Source: an uncultured Chlorobiaceae bacterium | GTDB lineage: Bacteria > Bacteroidota > Ignavibacteria > UBA10030 > SZUA-254 | Direction: 5' to 3' | NCBI GenBank assembly: GCA_964596065.1 | Contig: CAZQSM010000001.1 | Coordinates: forward strand, 69,818 to 133,817 | DNA length: 64,000 bases | Shown here: in pieces, positions 16,927 through 25,926 of the stretch | How positions within the stretch are numbered: the first letter of the stretch is position 1 | Layout: each line of letters starts with the position of its first letter | Notes under the pieces: generated by a model | The model's database searches: none | What the model was told of the DNA's origin: nothing | The model's input: only the letters and a program-made list of their open reading frames with translations | Translations under genes and position numbers: made by a program

Positions 16927-19083
16927 ATGATCCCGATCCCCAGGTACCTCTCCCTGCCCGCATCGTCGCGATTGGGCCTTCTCCTCACAATCGTCCTGCT
17001 CCTCCTTCCCGGCCTCGGTGAGGCGCAGGGCCTGAAATATCCGGCGACGCTCAAATCCGGTCACGTCGACGAGTACTTCGGGACCACCGTCCCGGATCCT
17101 TACCGTTGGCTCGAGGACGACACGTCGGCCGCGACCGCCGCCTGGGTGAAGGCGCAGAATGAAGTCACGTTCGGATATCTCTCGAAGATTCCGTTCCGGC
17201 AGAAGATCAGGGACCGGCTGACCGCCATCTGGAACTACCCCAGGTACGGTTCGCCCTTCCGCGAAGGTGGGGCGTACTACTACTATAAAAACGACGGCCT
17301 CCAGAACCAGAGCGTGCTCTACCGGCAGGCGCACCCCGACTCGGCGGGTGAAGTCTTCATCGACCCCAACACCTTTTCCGAGGACGGCACCGTTTCACTC
17401 GGCAGCCTTGCGTTCTCCCGGGACGGGTCGAAGCTCGCCTACGGCATCTCCAGGAGCGGTTCCGACTGGGTGGACATCGTGGTGATGGACGCGGCAACGA
17501 AAACCGTCTCCGACACGCTCCGCTGGGTGAAGTTTTCAGGGATCTCCTGGTACGGCGACGGGTTCTTCTACAGCCGGTACGATGCCCCCGCGGACACCGC
17601 GAAAAAACTTTCCACCAAGAACGAATACCACAAAGTCTACTTCCACCGGGCCGGCACTCCCCAGGCGGCCGACGAACTCGTCTACGAGGATCCGACGCTC
17701 TCAGAGTATCTCTTCGGCGTCAGGGTGACCGAGGACCAGCGATTTGCCCTGCTCTCGGCCTCGAGGGGGAGTTCGCGGGGAAACGCGCTCTACTACAAGC
17801 GGCTCGGCGTGCCGGACGCCCCCTTTTCCCCCATCCTCGCCACCGTGGACGACCGGATCTGGGCGGTCGAGCACGTCGACGGCAAACTGATCCTTTTCAC
17901 GAACCGGAACGCGCCGAACGGAAAACTGATCCTGTTCGATCCCGACAAACCCGCCGAGGCCGATTGGAAGACGATCGTCCCGGAAAAAACGGAGGTCCTT
18001 TCGGGCGTCACATCGTCCGGAGGAAAGCTGTTCCTCACCTACATCAGGGACGTGAGCCACAAGGTGTTCGTGCACGACTTCAACGGCGTACCCGAACGGG
18101 AAATCGTCCTGCCGGTGCTCGGGACGGTGGGCGGATTCGGCGGGAAAAGCGACGACCGGGAACTCTTCTTCACGGTGACGTCATTCACGTCCCCGTCCAC
18201 GATCTACCGGTACGACGTCGCCTCCGGGGACTACCAGGTGTACCGGAAGACCGAGATCGACTTCGATCCCGACGCGTACGTCACCAAACAGGTCTTCTAC
18301 GCGAGCAAGGACGGGACCCGCATCCCGATGTTCATCACCCACCGGAAGGGGATGAAGCTCGACGGTACGAACCCGACGCTGCTCTACGGATACGGCGGGT
18401 TCAACGTCAACCAGATGCCGTCGTTCAGCGTGACGAGGCTGGCGTTCCTCGAGCAGGGAGGGGTCTTCGCCCTGGCGAACCTGCGGGGGGGCGGGGAGTA
18501 CGGAGAGAAATGGCACGAAGCGGGGATGAACCTGAACAAACAGAACGTCTTCGACGATTTCATCGCCGCGGCCGAGTACCTGATTGCGGAGCAATACACG
18601 TCGCCGGCGAAGCTCGCGATCCAGGGCGGGTCGAACGGCGGGCTCCTTGTCGGCGCCGTGGCGAACCAGCGCCCCGAACTTTTCAGGGTCGCCCTGCCCG
18701 CGGTCGGCGTGATGGACATGCTCCGGTTCCACAAGTTCACGATCGGGTGGGCGTGGGTCGCCGATTACGGATCGAGCGACGACTCTGTGCAGTTCAGGAA
18801 CCTCCTGTCGTATTCGCCGCTCCACACGATCCCGGCCGGCGGCGTATATCCCGCGACGCTCGTGACCACCGCCGACCACGACGACAGGGTTGTGCCCGCG
18901 CATTCTTTTAAGTATATTTCAGCCCTGCAGGACCGGTATCACGGTCCGAATCCCGTTCTCATCCGGATCGAAACGAAGGCGGGGCACGGGGGCGGCAAAC
19001 CCACATCCAAAATCATAGAGGAATACGCCGACATCTACGCCTTCACGTTTTTCAACATGGGCGTGACCCCGGTGTATCCGTGA
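16927..19083 (+). CDS. Prolyl oligopeptidase (S9A), secreted
   Basis: Signal MIPIPRYLSLPASSRLGLLLTIVLLLLPGLGEAQG. N-terminal beta-propeller plus C-terminal alpha/beta-hydrolase with GGSNGGLL (Ser nucleophile), the DHDDRV Asp and the GHGGG His. Confidence 0.85.
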   Translation: MIPIPRYLSLPASSRLGLLLTIVLLLLPGLGEAQGLKYPATLKSGHVDEYFGTTVPDPYRWLEDDTSAATAAWVKAQNEVTFGYLSKIPFRQKIRDRLTAIWNYPRYGSPFREGGAYYYYKNDGLQNQSVLYRQAHPDSAGEVFIDPNTFSEDGTVSLGSLAFSRDGSKLAYGISRSGSDWVDIVVMDAATKTVSDTLRWVKFSGISWYGDGFFYSRYDAPADTAKKLSTKNEYHKVYFHRAGTPQAADELVYEDPTLSEYLFGVRVTEDQRFALLSASRGSSRGNALYYKRLGVPDAPFSPILATVDDRIWAVEHVDGKLILFTNRNAPNGKLILFDPDKPAEADWKTIVPEKTEVLSGVTSSGGKLFLTYIRDVSHKVFVHDFNGVPEREIVLPVLGTVGGFGGKSDDRELFFTVTSFTSPSTIYRYDVASGDYQVYRKTEIDFDPDAYVTKQVFYASKDGTRIPMFITHRKGMKLDGTNPTLLYGYGGFNVNQMPSFSVTRLAFLEQGGVFALANLRGGGEYGEKWHEAGMNLNKQNVFDDFIAAAEYLIAEQYTSPAKLAIQGGSNGGLLVGAVANQRPELFRVALPAVGVMDMLRFHKFTIGWAWVADYGSSDDSVQFRNLLSYSPLHTIPAGGVYPATLVTTADHDDRVVPAHSFKYISALQDRYHGPNPVLIRIETKAGHGGGKPTSKIIEEYADIYAFTFFNMGVTPVYP

Positions 19084-19127
19084 CGATCCGTTCCAGACGC
19101 CATCATCTCCATCGCAGACGAGTGATC

Positions 19128-20801
19128 ATGAAAACCATCATATGCATCGGGTTGCTGATCGCGGCCCTTGTCCCGGGGTGCGCGACGAAAACCCCCGTCC
19201 CGGTCGTTCCGGAGTCCACGCTCGACCGTTACCTCTCCCAGTACGCGCCGTATGAAATGTCGTTCGACGCCTCAGCCTTCCCGGAGAAAGAGAAGCAGTT
19301 GTTGAGGAAACTGATCGAGGCCGCCCGGTACCTCGACACTGCCTACTGGATGCAGACATCGATTTACGGCCTCGGGCTGAGGGACAGCCTCGCGGCCCTG
19401 CCCGCGGATCCGCTCAGGACCAAACTCCTGACGCTCCTCAACCGGAACGCGGGGCCCTTCGACCTGCTCCGGCACGATTCAAGCTTCATCGGCACCGAAC
19501 ACCACTCCCCGGGACAGGAAATCTACCCGAAGGGGATGACCGCCGCGTCGTTCGACGCGTGGTACCTCACGCTCTCCGAAACCGAAGCGCAGGCGGCGAT
19601 GTCGCCCTATTCGGTCATCAGGGAGGCGGGCGGGGGAACGTACAAGTCCGTCCCGTACCACGTCGAGTACGCCCGATGGGTCGGGCCGATGGCGCGCCTC
19701 CTCAACGAGGCGGCGGACCTGTCCGACAGCGAGTCGTTCGCCAGGTTCCTCCGGTTGAAGGCGAAGGCGCTCCAGGACGACCGCTACTTCGACGCCGACA
19801 CAGCGTGGATCGAGCTGAGCGGCAACCGCTTCGACATCGTCTTCGGGCCGTTCGAGGTCTATTCGGACGGCATCAAGGGGGTGAAGGCCAAGTATGAGGC
19901 CAACATCGAGGTCGTCGACCAGGAGGAATCGCGGCGCCTCGATCTTTACAAGAAACACCTCAACGCGATGGAGCAGAACCTTCCCGTGCCGGCGGAGTAC
20001 AAGTCGAAAATCGAAGGCCTCACGGCGCAGTTCGTGATCGTCACCGACGTGATCCGCGCGGGCGAATCGGCCGCCGGGTACCAGGCCGTCGCCGCGAACC
20101 TTCCCAACGATCCCGAGGTCCACCAGAAGAAGGGGTCGAAGAAAACATTCTGGAAGAACATGTTCCGCGCCCGGTTCAATACGATCATCAGGCCGGTCAG
20201 CAACCGCCTCGTCCATCCCGAGCAGCTGCAGTACCTCTCCGACGAGGGGTTCTTCCAATTCGTCCTGATGCACGAAATCAGCCACGCGCTCGGACCCCGC
20301 ACCGTCAAGGTCGGGCCGAACGCGGGGATGCCGGTCAACAACGCCATCGGCCCGGAATATAACGCCCTCGAAGAGGCGAAGGCCGACATCGTCGGTCTCC
20401 ATTCGCTGATCTACCTGATGGACAGGAAGATCATCGACCGGAAGCGGGAGAAGGAGTACTTCGTCTCCTACCTCGGATCGCTCTTCAGGTCTGTGCGGTT
20501 CGGGCTGGGGGAGGCGCACGGAAAGGCGGCGGCCATCTCCCTCAACTACCTCGTCGCCAACGGCGGGATCATCTATGAGGCGTCGACCAAACGCTGGAGC
20601 ATCGATTTTCCCAATTTCCGCCAGGGCGTGGCGAAGCTCACCGCCGAACTGATCAGGCTCGAAGGCGACGGCGATCCGGTCAGGGTGAGGGAGTTCTTCG
20701 CGCGGTGGATCACGATGACCGATCCCTTGAGGGTGAGCCTCGCGGCGGTCGGGGACATCGCGATCGACGTCCTGCCGAAGTACTCGATCCGCTGGGAATG
20801 A
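19128..20801 (+). CDS. Secreted lipoprotein zinc metallopeptidase, DPP3/M49-like (HExxH...EEAKAD)
   Basis: Lipobox LVPGC. LMHEISHALGP then EEAKAD about 30 aa downstream, reminiscent of the M49 HExxGH/EExRAE arrangement. Family assignment is tentative. Confidence 0.5.
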   Translation: MKTIICIGLLIAALVPGCATKTPVPVVPESTLDRYLSQYAPYEMSFDASAFPEKEKQLLRKLIEAARYLDTAYWMQTSIYGLGLRDSLAALPADPLRTKLLTLLNRNAGPFDLLRHDSSFIGTEHHSPGQEIYPKGMTAASFDAWYLTLSETEAQAAMSPYSVIREAGGGTYKSVPYHVEYARWVGPMARLLNEAADLSDSESFARFLRLKAKALQDDRYFDADTAWIELSGNRFDIVFGPFEVYSDGIKGVKAKYEANIEVVDQEESRRLDLYKKHLNAMEQNLPVPAEYKSKIEGLTAQFVIVTDVIRAGESAAGYQAVAANLPNDPEVHQKKGSKKTFWKNMFRARFNTIIRPVSNRLVHPEQLQYLSDEGFFQFVLMHEISHALGPRTVKVGPNAGMPVNNAIGPEYNALEEAKADIVGLHSLIYLMDRKIIDRKREKEYFVSYLGSLFRSVRFGLGEAHGKAAAISLNYLVANGGIIYEASTKRWSIDFPNFRQGVAKLTAELIRLEGDGDPVRVREFFARWITMTDPLRVSLAAVGDIAIDVLPKYSIRWE

Positions 20802-20826
20802 CGACATTCAAGACAAGGAGCAACCA

Positions 20827-21978
20827 TTGAACATCGGAGTACCGAAGGAAATCGCGCCCGGCGAGACGAGGGTGGCGCTCACCCCGGCGGCCGTCAAAAT
20901 GATGGTCCGTGACGGACACCAGGTCCTCGTCCAGGCCGGGGCAGGCTCGTCGGCGCTGATTCCCGACGCGGAATACACGCAGGCCGGGGCGAGGGTCGTG
21001 CGTAATGCCGAGGAGACATACGGCGGGGCGGAAATGATCGTCAAGGTGCGTAGTCCGCGGCAGCAGGACGGAATCGACGAGGCGGGGCTGGTCCCGAAGG
21101 AGGGGGTCTACGTCGGGTTCCTTTCACCGCTCGGCGCGAAGGAGACGGTGAAGCGGTTTCTCGAGCGGAAGATCACGAGCTTCTCCATGGAATACGTCCC
21201 GCGCATCACCAGGGCGCAGTCGATGGACGCGCTCAGTTCGATGGCAACCATCGCGGGCTACAAATCTGTCCTGATGGCCGCCGACAGGCTGCACAAGATC
21301 TTCCCCCTGATGATGACCGCCGCGGGGACCATTTCTCCCGCGACGGTGCTGGTCCTCGGCGCGGGGGTGGCCGGCCTCCAGGCGATCGCGACCGCGAAGC
21401 GCCTCGGGGCCAGGGTCGAGGCCTTCGATCCGCGCCCGGCAGTGATGGAACAGGTGAAAAGCCTCGGCGCAACGTTCGTGGAGATGGAGATGCCTGCCGA
21501 CGCGGAAACCGCGGGCGGGTACGCGAAGGAGCTGTCCCCGGAGTTCATCAAAAAAGAGATGGAAGCGATCGGCTCGAGGCTCCCGAAGGCCGATGTCGTG
21601 ATCACCACGGCCCAGGTGTTCGGGAAACAGGCCCCGCTCCTGGTCACCGAGGCGATGGTCAGGATGCTCAAGCCTGGTTCCGTCATCGTCGACCTCGCCG
21701 CCGAGCAGGGGGGCAACTGCGAGCTCACCCAGGCGGGAAAGGACGTCGAACACCACGGCGTCACGATCATCGGGGCGGTGAACGTCCCGGCGATGATCCC
21801 GGTCGATTCCAGCCAGATGTACGCGAAAAACCTCCTGAACCTCTTCCAGTATCTCTACAAGAAGGGAACCGACGGCCCGGACTTCTCCGACGACATCCCG
21901 AAGGGATGCTGCATCACCCGGGGCGGAGAGATCGTCAACGAGTCATTCAAGGCCGCGTACGCGGCCGGAGGGCGCTGA
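20827..21978 (+). CDS. pntAA: NAD(P) transhydrogenase subunit alpha part 1
   Basis: MNIGVPKEIAPGETRVALTP...; Rossmann motif VLVLGAGVAGLQAIATAKRLGA. Confidence 0.9.
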   Translation: MNIGVPKEIAPGETRVALTPAAVKMMVRDGHQVLVQAGAGSSALIPDAEYTQAGARVVRNAEETYGGAEMIVKVRSPRQQDGIDEAGLVPKEGVYVGFLSPLGAKETVKRFLERKITSFSMEYVPRITRAQSMDALSSMATIAGYKSVLMAADRLHKIFPLMMTAAGTISPATVLVLGAGVAGLQAIATAKRLGARVEAFDPRPAVMEQVKSLGATFVEMEMPADAETAGGYAKELSPEFIKKEMEAIGSRLPKADVVITTAQVFGKQAPLLVTEAMVRMLKPGSVIVDLAAEQGGNCELTQAGKDVEHHGVTIIGAVNVPAMIPVDSSQMYAKNLLNLFQYLYKKGTDGPDFSDDIPKGCCITRGGEIVNESFKAAYAAGGR

Positions 21979-21979
21979 T

Positions 21980-22273
21980 ATGAGCGAAACATTGATGGTG
22001 TCCATTACGATCTTCACGCTCGCCACCTTCATCGGCATCGAGGTGATCTCCAAGGTGCCGCCGCTGCTCCACACGCCTCTGATGTCGGGGTCCAACGCCA
22101 TCTCGGGCATCACGGTGGTCGGCTCGCTCATCGCGGCCGGCGAAGGGCACGGGGAACTGAGCGTCGTCCTCGGGATGATCGCGGTCATCTGCGCGACGAT
22201 CAACGTCGTCGGCGGCTTCCTTGTCACCGACAGGATGCTGAAGATGTTCAAACGGGAACCAAAGGAAAAGTAA
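21980..22273 (+). CDS. pntAB: NAD(P) transhydrogenase subunit alpha part 2 (membrane)
   Basis: 97 aa, three TM segments, immediately between pntAA and pntB. Confidence 0.85.
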   Translation: MSETLMVSITIFTLATFIGIEVISKVPPLLHTPLMSGSNAISGITVVGSLIAAGEGHGELSVVLGMIAVICATINVVGGFLVTDRMLKMFKREPKEK

Positions 22274-22279
22274 ACCACC

Positions 22280-23674
22280 ATGGACATTTTCACATCGTTC
22301 GCCTATCTCGTCGCGGCAGTCTTTTTCATCATCGGGCTGAAACTCCTCAGTTCCCCGCGCACGGCGAGGACGGGAAATTTCACCGGGGCGCTGGGGATGC
22401 TCATCGCCATCGTCGTCACCCTGCTCGACCGGTCGATCCTGGATTACACGTTCATCATCACGGGCCTGGTGGCCGGGAGCGCCATCGGCGCGATCCTGGC
22501 GTACAAGGTCGAAATGACCGCGATGCCCCAGATGGTCGGCCTCCTGAACGGGTTCGGCGGAGCGGCGTCGACGCTCGTCGCCTACGCCGAATACCTCAGG
22601 ATGATGTCGGAGAGCTCCCCGCTGCAACCGGCCGGCACGCCGGACGTATGGGTGACGCTCTCCCTGAGCGTCCTGATCGGGACCATCACCTTCACGGGGA
22701 GCATGGTCGCCTTCGTCAAGCTCCAGGGACTGATGAAGAGCGCCCCCGTCCTCTACCGGATGCAGAAACAAACGAACGCGCTGATGCTGCTGGCGATGAT
22801 CGCGTGCATCGTCGCCTTCGTCGCCGACCCGTTCCAGGCGTGGCCGCTGCTGGCCATCCTGGTGATCTCGGCGGTCCTGGGGATCACGAGCGTGATCCCG
22901 ATCGGCGGCGCCGACATGCCGGTGGTCATCTCGCTGCTGAACTCCTACAGCGGCCTCGCCGCCGCGATGACCGGGTTCGTCATCAACAACAGCGTGCTGA
23001 TCGTCAGCGGGACGCTCGTCGGGACGTCCGGGATCATCCTCACGCAGATCATGTGCAAGGCGATGAACCGCTCGATCCTGAATGTCCTCTTCGCCGGCGT
23101 CGGCGCGGACTACTCCGGCGGCGCCACCGAAACCGTCGAGCGGACCGTGGTCCGGTACACGCCCGACGACGCGGCCTTCATCCTCGAAAACGCCCAGTCG
23201 ATCGTCATCGTCCCCGGATATGGCCTCGCCGTTGCGCAGGCCCAGCACGTCCTGCAGGAAATCGCCAACATCCTGACGACATCCGGCCGGAGCGTCCGGT
23301 ACGCGATCCACCCCGTGGCCGGCAGGATGCCCGGGCACATGAACGTGCTCCTGGCGGAGGCGAACGTCCCGTACGACCACCTCTTCGAAATGGACCAGAT
23401 CAACGACGACTTCCAGACCACCGACGTCGCGCTCGTCGTCGGGGCCAACGACGTCGTCAACCCGGCCGCGCGCTCAAAGAAGGAGAGCCCCCTCTACGGC
23501 ATGCCGATCCTGAATGTCGACCAGGCCGCGACCGTCATGGTGCTCAAGCGGAGCCTCAATCCCGGTTTCGCGGGGGAGGACAACGACCTCTTCTACGACA
23601 AGAAAACGATGATGGTGTTCGGGGACGCGAAGGGGACGCTCACGAAACTTCTCCAGATCCTCAAGCAGTCGTAA
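22280..23674 (+). CDS. pntB: NAD(P) transhydrogenase subunit beta
   Basis: 464 aa, N-terminal multi-TM domain plus C-terminal NADP(H)-binding domain (GYGLAVAQAQH). Confidence 0.9.
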   Translation: MDIFTSFAYLVAAVFFIIGLKLLSSPRTARTGNFTGALGMLIAIVVTLLDRSILDYTFIITGLVAGSAIGAILAYKVEMTAMPQMVGLLNGFGGAASTLVAYAEYLRMMSESSPLQPAGTPDVWVTLSLSVLIGTITFTGSMVAFVKLQGLMKSAPVLYRMQKQTNALMLLAMIACIVAFVADPFQAWPLLAILVISAVLGITSVIPIGGADMPVVISLLNSYSGLAAAMTGFVINNSVLIVSGTLVGTSGIILTQIMCKAMNRSILNVLFAGVGADYSGGATETVERTVVRYTPDDAAFILENAQSIVIVPGYGLAVAQAQHVLQEIANILTTSGRSVRYAIHPVAGRMPGHMNVLLAEANVPYDHLFEMDQINDDFQTTDVALVVGANDVVNPAARSKKESPLYGMPILNVDQAATVMVLKRSLNPGFAGEDNDLFYDKKTMMVFGDAKGTLTKLLQILKQS

Positions 23675-23721
23675 TCCGGCGCCGGGCCCGCCGCTCCGGA
23701 GTTCCCGCCGAGGCCCGCCCG

Positions 23722-23746
23722 GCGCGGCCCGGTACGGCCGTTTTTT
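23722..23746 (+). terminator. Rho-independent terminator after pntB
   Basis: GC hairpin (cggcccggtacggccg) followed by TTTTTT at 23741-23746. Confidence 0.55.
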
Positions 23747-23782
23747 GATTACCCCCCGAAATTCCGTATTATCATCCCCACG

Positions 23783-25915
23783 ATGCCGAAAAAAATACAC
23801 ACGACCGACCAGCTCATCGATCGCATCCGCGGCCTCGCGCGGAACCTCTGGTGGTCCTGGAACCCCCGCGCCCAGCTCATCTTCGAGGAACTCTCGCCGC
23901 TCACCTGGGAGGAGACCAGGCACAATCCCGTGGCGGTGCTCTCACAGGTCTCGGAGATGGAACTCCGGGCGTACCTGAACGACAGGGACTTTCGCGGGAT
24001 GGTGGTCCCGGTGCTCGAGGATTTCGACCGCTATATGGCCCGGAAGCCGTCGATTTCGCTCCCCCGCCGGTCCGGATCCTCCAGGCGCGGCGGTCCCGTC
24101 GCCTACTTCTGCGCCGAATTCGGACTGCACGAATGCCTCACATTTTATTCAGGAGGCCTCGGCATCCTCGCGGGGGACCATGTGAAATCGGCGAGCGACC
24201 TCGGGCTTCCGCTCGTCGCCATCGGGCTGTTCTACCGCCGCGGCTATTTCGAGCAGAAGATCGACGACGCCGGCCGGCAGGTCGAGGAATACCCGACCAT
24301 CGACCCCGCCCTGATCCCCGTGCACTCGGTCAGGGACGCCTCCGGAAAACCCGTCGTCAGGAGCGTCACCATCGGCACGGAGGAGGTGTTTTTCGAAACA
24401 TGGCGGGTGGACGTCGGGAAGTCCGTCGTCTACCTCCTCGACACCGATGTCCCGGAGAATTCGGAGCAGGCGAGGGGACTGACGTCGCTCGCCTACGGCG
24501 GCGACACGAACATGCGGATCCGCCAGGAGATCGTCCTCGGGATCGGAGGCGTACGGCTCCTGCGCGCCCTCGGAATCACGCCCGCGGTGTTCCACATGAA
24601 CGAGGGCCACGCGGCGTTCCTCACCCTGGAACTGCTGCGCGAGGAGATGGAGCGCACCGGCGACATCGCCGTGTCCGAGGCCTCCGTCCGCTCGCGCTGC
24701 CTCTTCACGACGCACACACCCGTGCCCGCGGGACACGACCGGTTCCCCAGGGACCTGATGGAAAGCACGCTGAAATCGCAGTGCGACGCGATCGGGATCG
24801 ACACCGACCGGCTGATGTCGTACGGGACCGCCGGGCCCGACGCCACCGGCCACGAATTCACGATGACCGTGCTGGGCCTGAAATTCTCCCGCGCGGCCAA
24901 CGGCGTCAGCAAGAAACACGGGGAGATATCGGCGATCATGTGGAAAGACCTCTTCCCGCGCTCGACCGCGAAGAACCCCCCGATCGGCCATATCACGAAC
25001 GGCATCCACATCCCGAGCTGGACGTCGCGCCGATCGTGGGAATTCTGGGAACGTCGGAACTCGCACAAGTGGAAGGACGAGGTCAGCCACCCCCGGTTCT
25101 GGGAGCATATCACCGACCCGAAGGTCGTCACCGACGAGGAACTCTGGTCGCTCCGGTACACGCTCCGCCGCGACCTGATCGAATTCGTCCGACGGCGGAC
25201 CCAGCAGCACAGGGTCGTCGGCGGCCCGACGGGGAAGGAGGCGCTCTACAACCTCCTCTCGTACGACACGTTGACCGTCGGCTTCGCGAGGCGGTTCGCC
25301 CCGTACAAGCGGGCGCCGCTCCTCTTCTCGGACATCGGCAGGGCCGTCGAGCTGTTCAACAACCCGGCGAGGCCCATCCAGCTGATCTACGCCGGGAAGG
25401 CGCATCCGCGGGACGGGGGAGGGAAGGACTTCATCCGCCAGATCACCGATTTATGCGCCCATCCGACCTTCCACGGCAAGATCGTCTTCCTTGAAGATTA
25501 CGACATCAACGTCGCGCGGTACCTCGTCTCGGGATGCGACATCTGGCTCAACACGCCCCGCCGCCCCCTCGAAGCAAGCGGCACCAGCGGACAGAAAATC
25601 GCCATCAACGGCGGACTCCACCTGAGCATCCTCGACGGGTGGTGGATCGAGGGATACAACCGCAGGAACGGCTGGGCCATCGGCGGGATCGACCCGATCC
25701 CCCGATCGAACGAGGAAGCCGACGCGGCGGACGCGGCGTCGCTCTACGACCTGCTGGGGAACGAGGTGATACCCCGCTTCTATTCCAGGGACACCACCGG
25801 GATCCCGAGAAAATGGATTGCGATGGTACGGAATTCGATGAGGACGCTGATCCCCGTCTTCAACACGCACAGGATGGTCACCGATTACGCCAGGAAATAT
25901 TATTTCCCGGGGTAA
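23783..25915 (+). CDS. glgP: Alpha-glucan phosphorylase (GT35, short bacterial/archaeal type)
   Basis: 710 aa. PLP-site region LEASGTSGQKIAINGG (compare EASGTSGMK). YFCAEFGLHECL N-terminal signature of alpha-glucan family phosphorylases. Confidence 0.85.
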   Translation: MPKKIHTTDQLIDRIRGLARNLWWSWNPRAQLIFEELSPLTWEETRHNPVAVLSQVSEMELRAYLNDRDFRGMVVPVLEDFDRYMARKPSISLPRRSGSSRRGGPVAYFCAEFGLHECLTFYSGGLGILAGDHVKSASDLGLPLVAIGLFYRRGYFEQKIDDAGRQVEEYPTIDPALIPVHSVRDASGKPVVRSVTIGTEEVFFETWRVDVGKSVVYLLDTDVPENSEQARGLTSLAYGGDTNMRIRQEIVLGIGGVRLLRALGITPAVFHMNEGHAAFLTLELLREEMERTGDIAVSEASVRSRCLFTTHTPVPAGHDRFPRDLMESTLKSQCDAIGIDTDRLMSYGTAGPDATGHEFTMTVLGLKFSRAANGVSKKHGEISAIMWKDLFPRSTAKNPPIGHITNGIHIPSWTSRRSWEFWERRNSHKWKDEVSHPRFWEHITDPKVVTDEELWSLRYTLRRDLIEFVRRRTQQHRVVGGPTGKEALYNLLSYDTLTVGFARRFAPYKRAPLLFSDIGRAVELFNNPARPIQLIYAGKAHPRDGGGKDFIRQITDLCAHPTFHGKIVFLEDYDINVARYLVSGCDIWLNTPRRPLEASGTSGQKIAINGGLHLSILDGWWIEGYNRRNGWAIGGIDPIPRSNEEADAADAASLYDLLGNEVIPRFYSRDTTGIPRKWIAMVRNSMRTLIPVFNTHRMVTDYARKYYFPG

Positions 25916-25926
25916 CCGGGGTCGGC

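Noticed and set aside
19479-25405. Long minus-strand ORFs (19479..20807, 21947..23380, 24149..25405) and Arg-rich plus-strand alternatives (22648..23748, 23851..25494)
   Set aside because: All are out-of-frame shadows of the peptidase, pntB and glgP genes with low-complexity composition.
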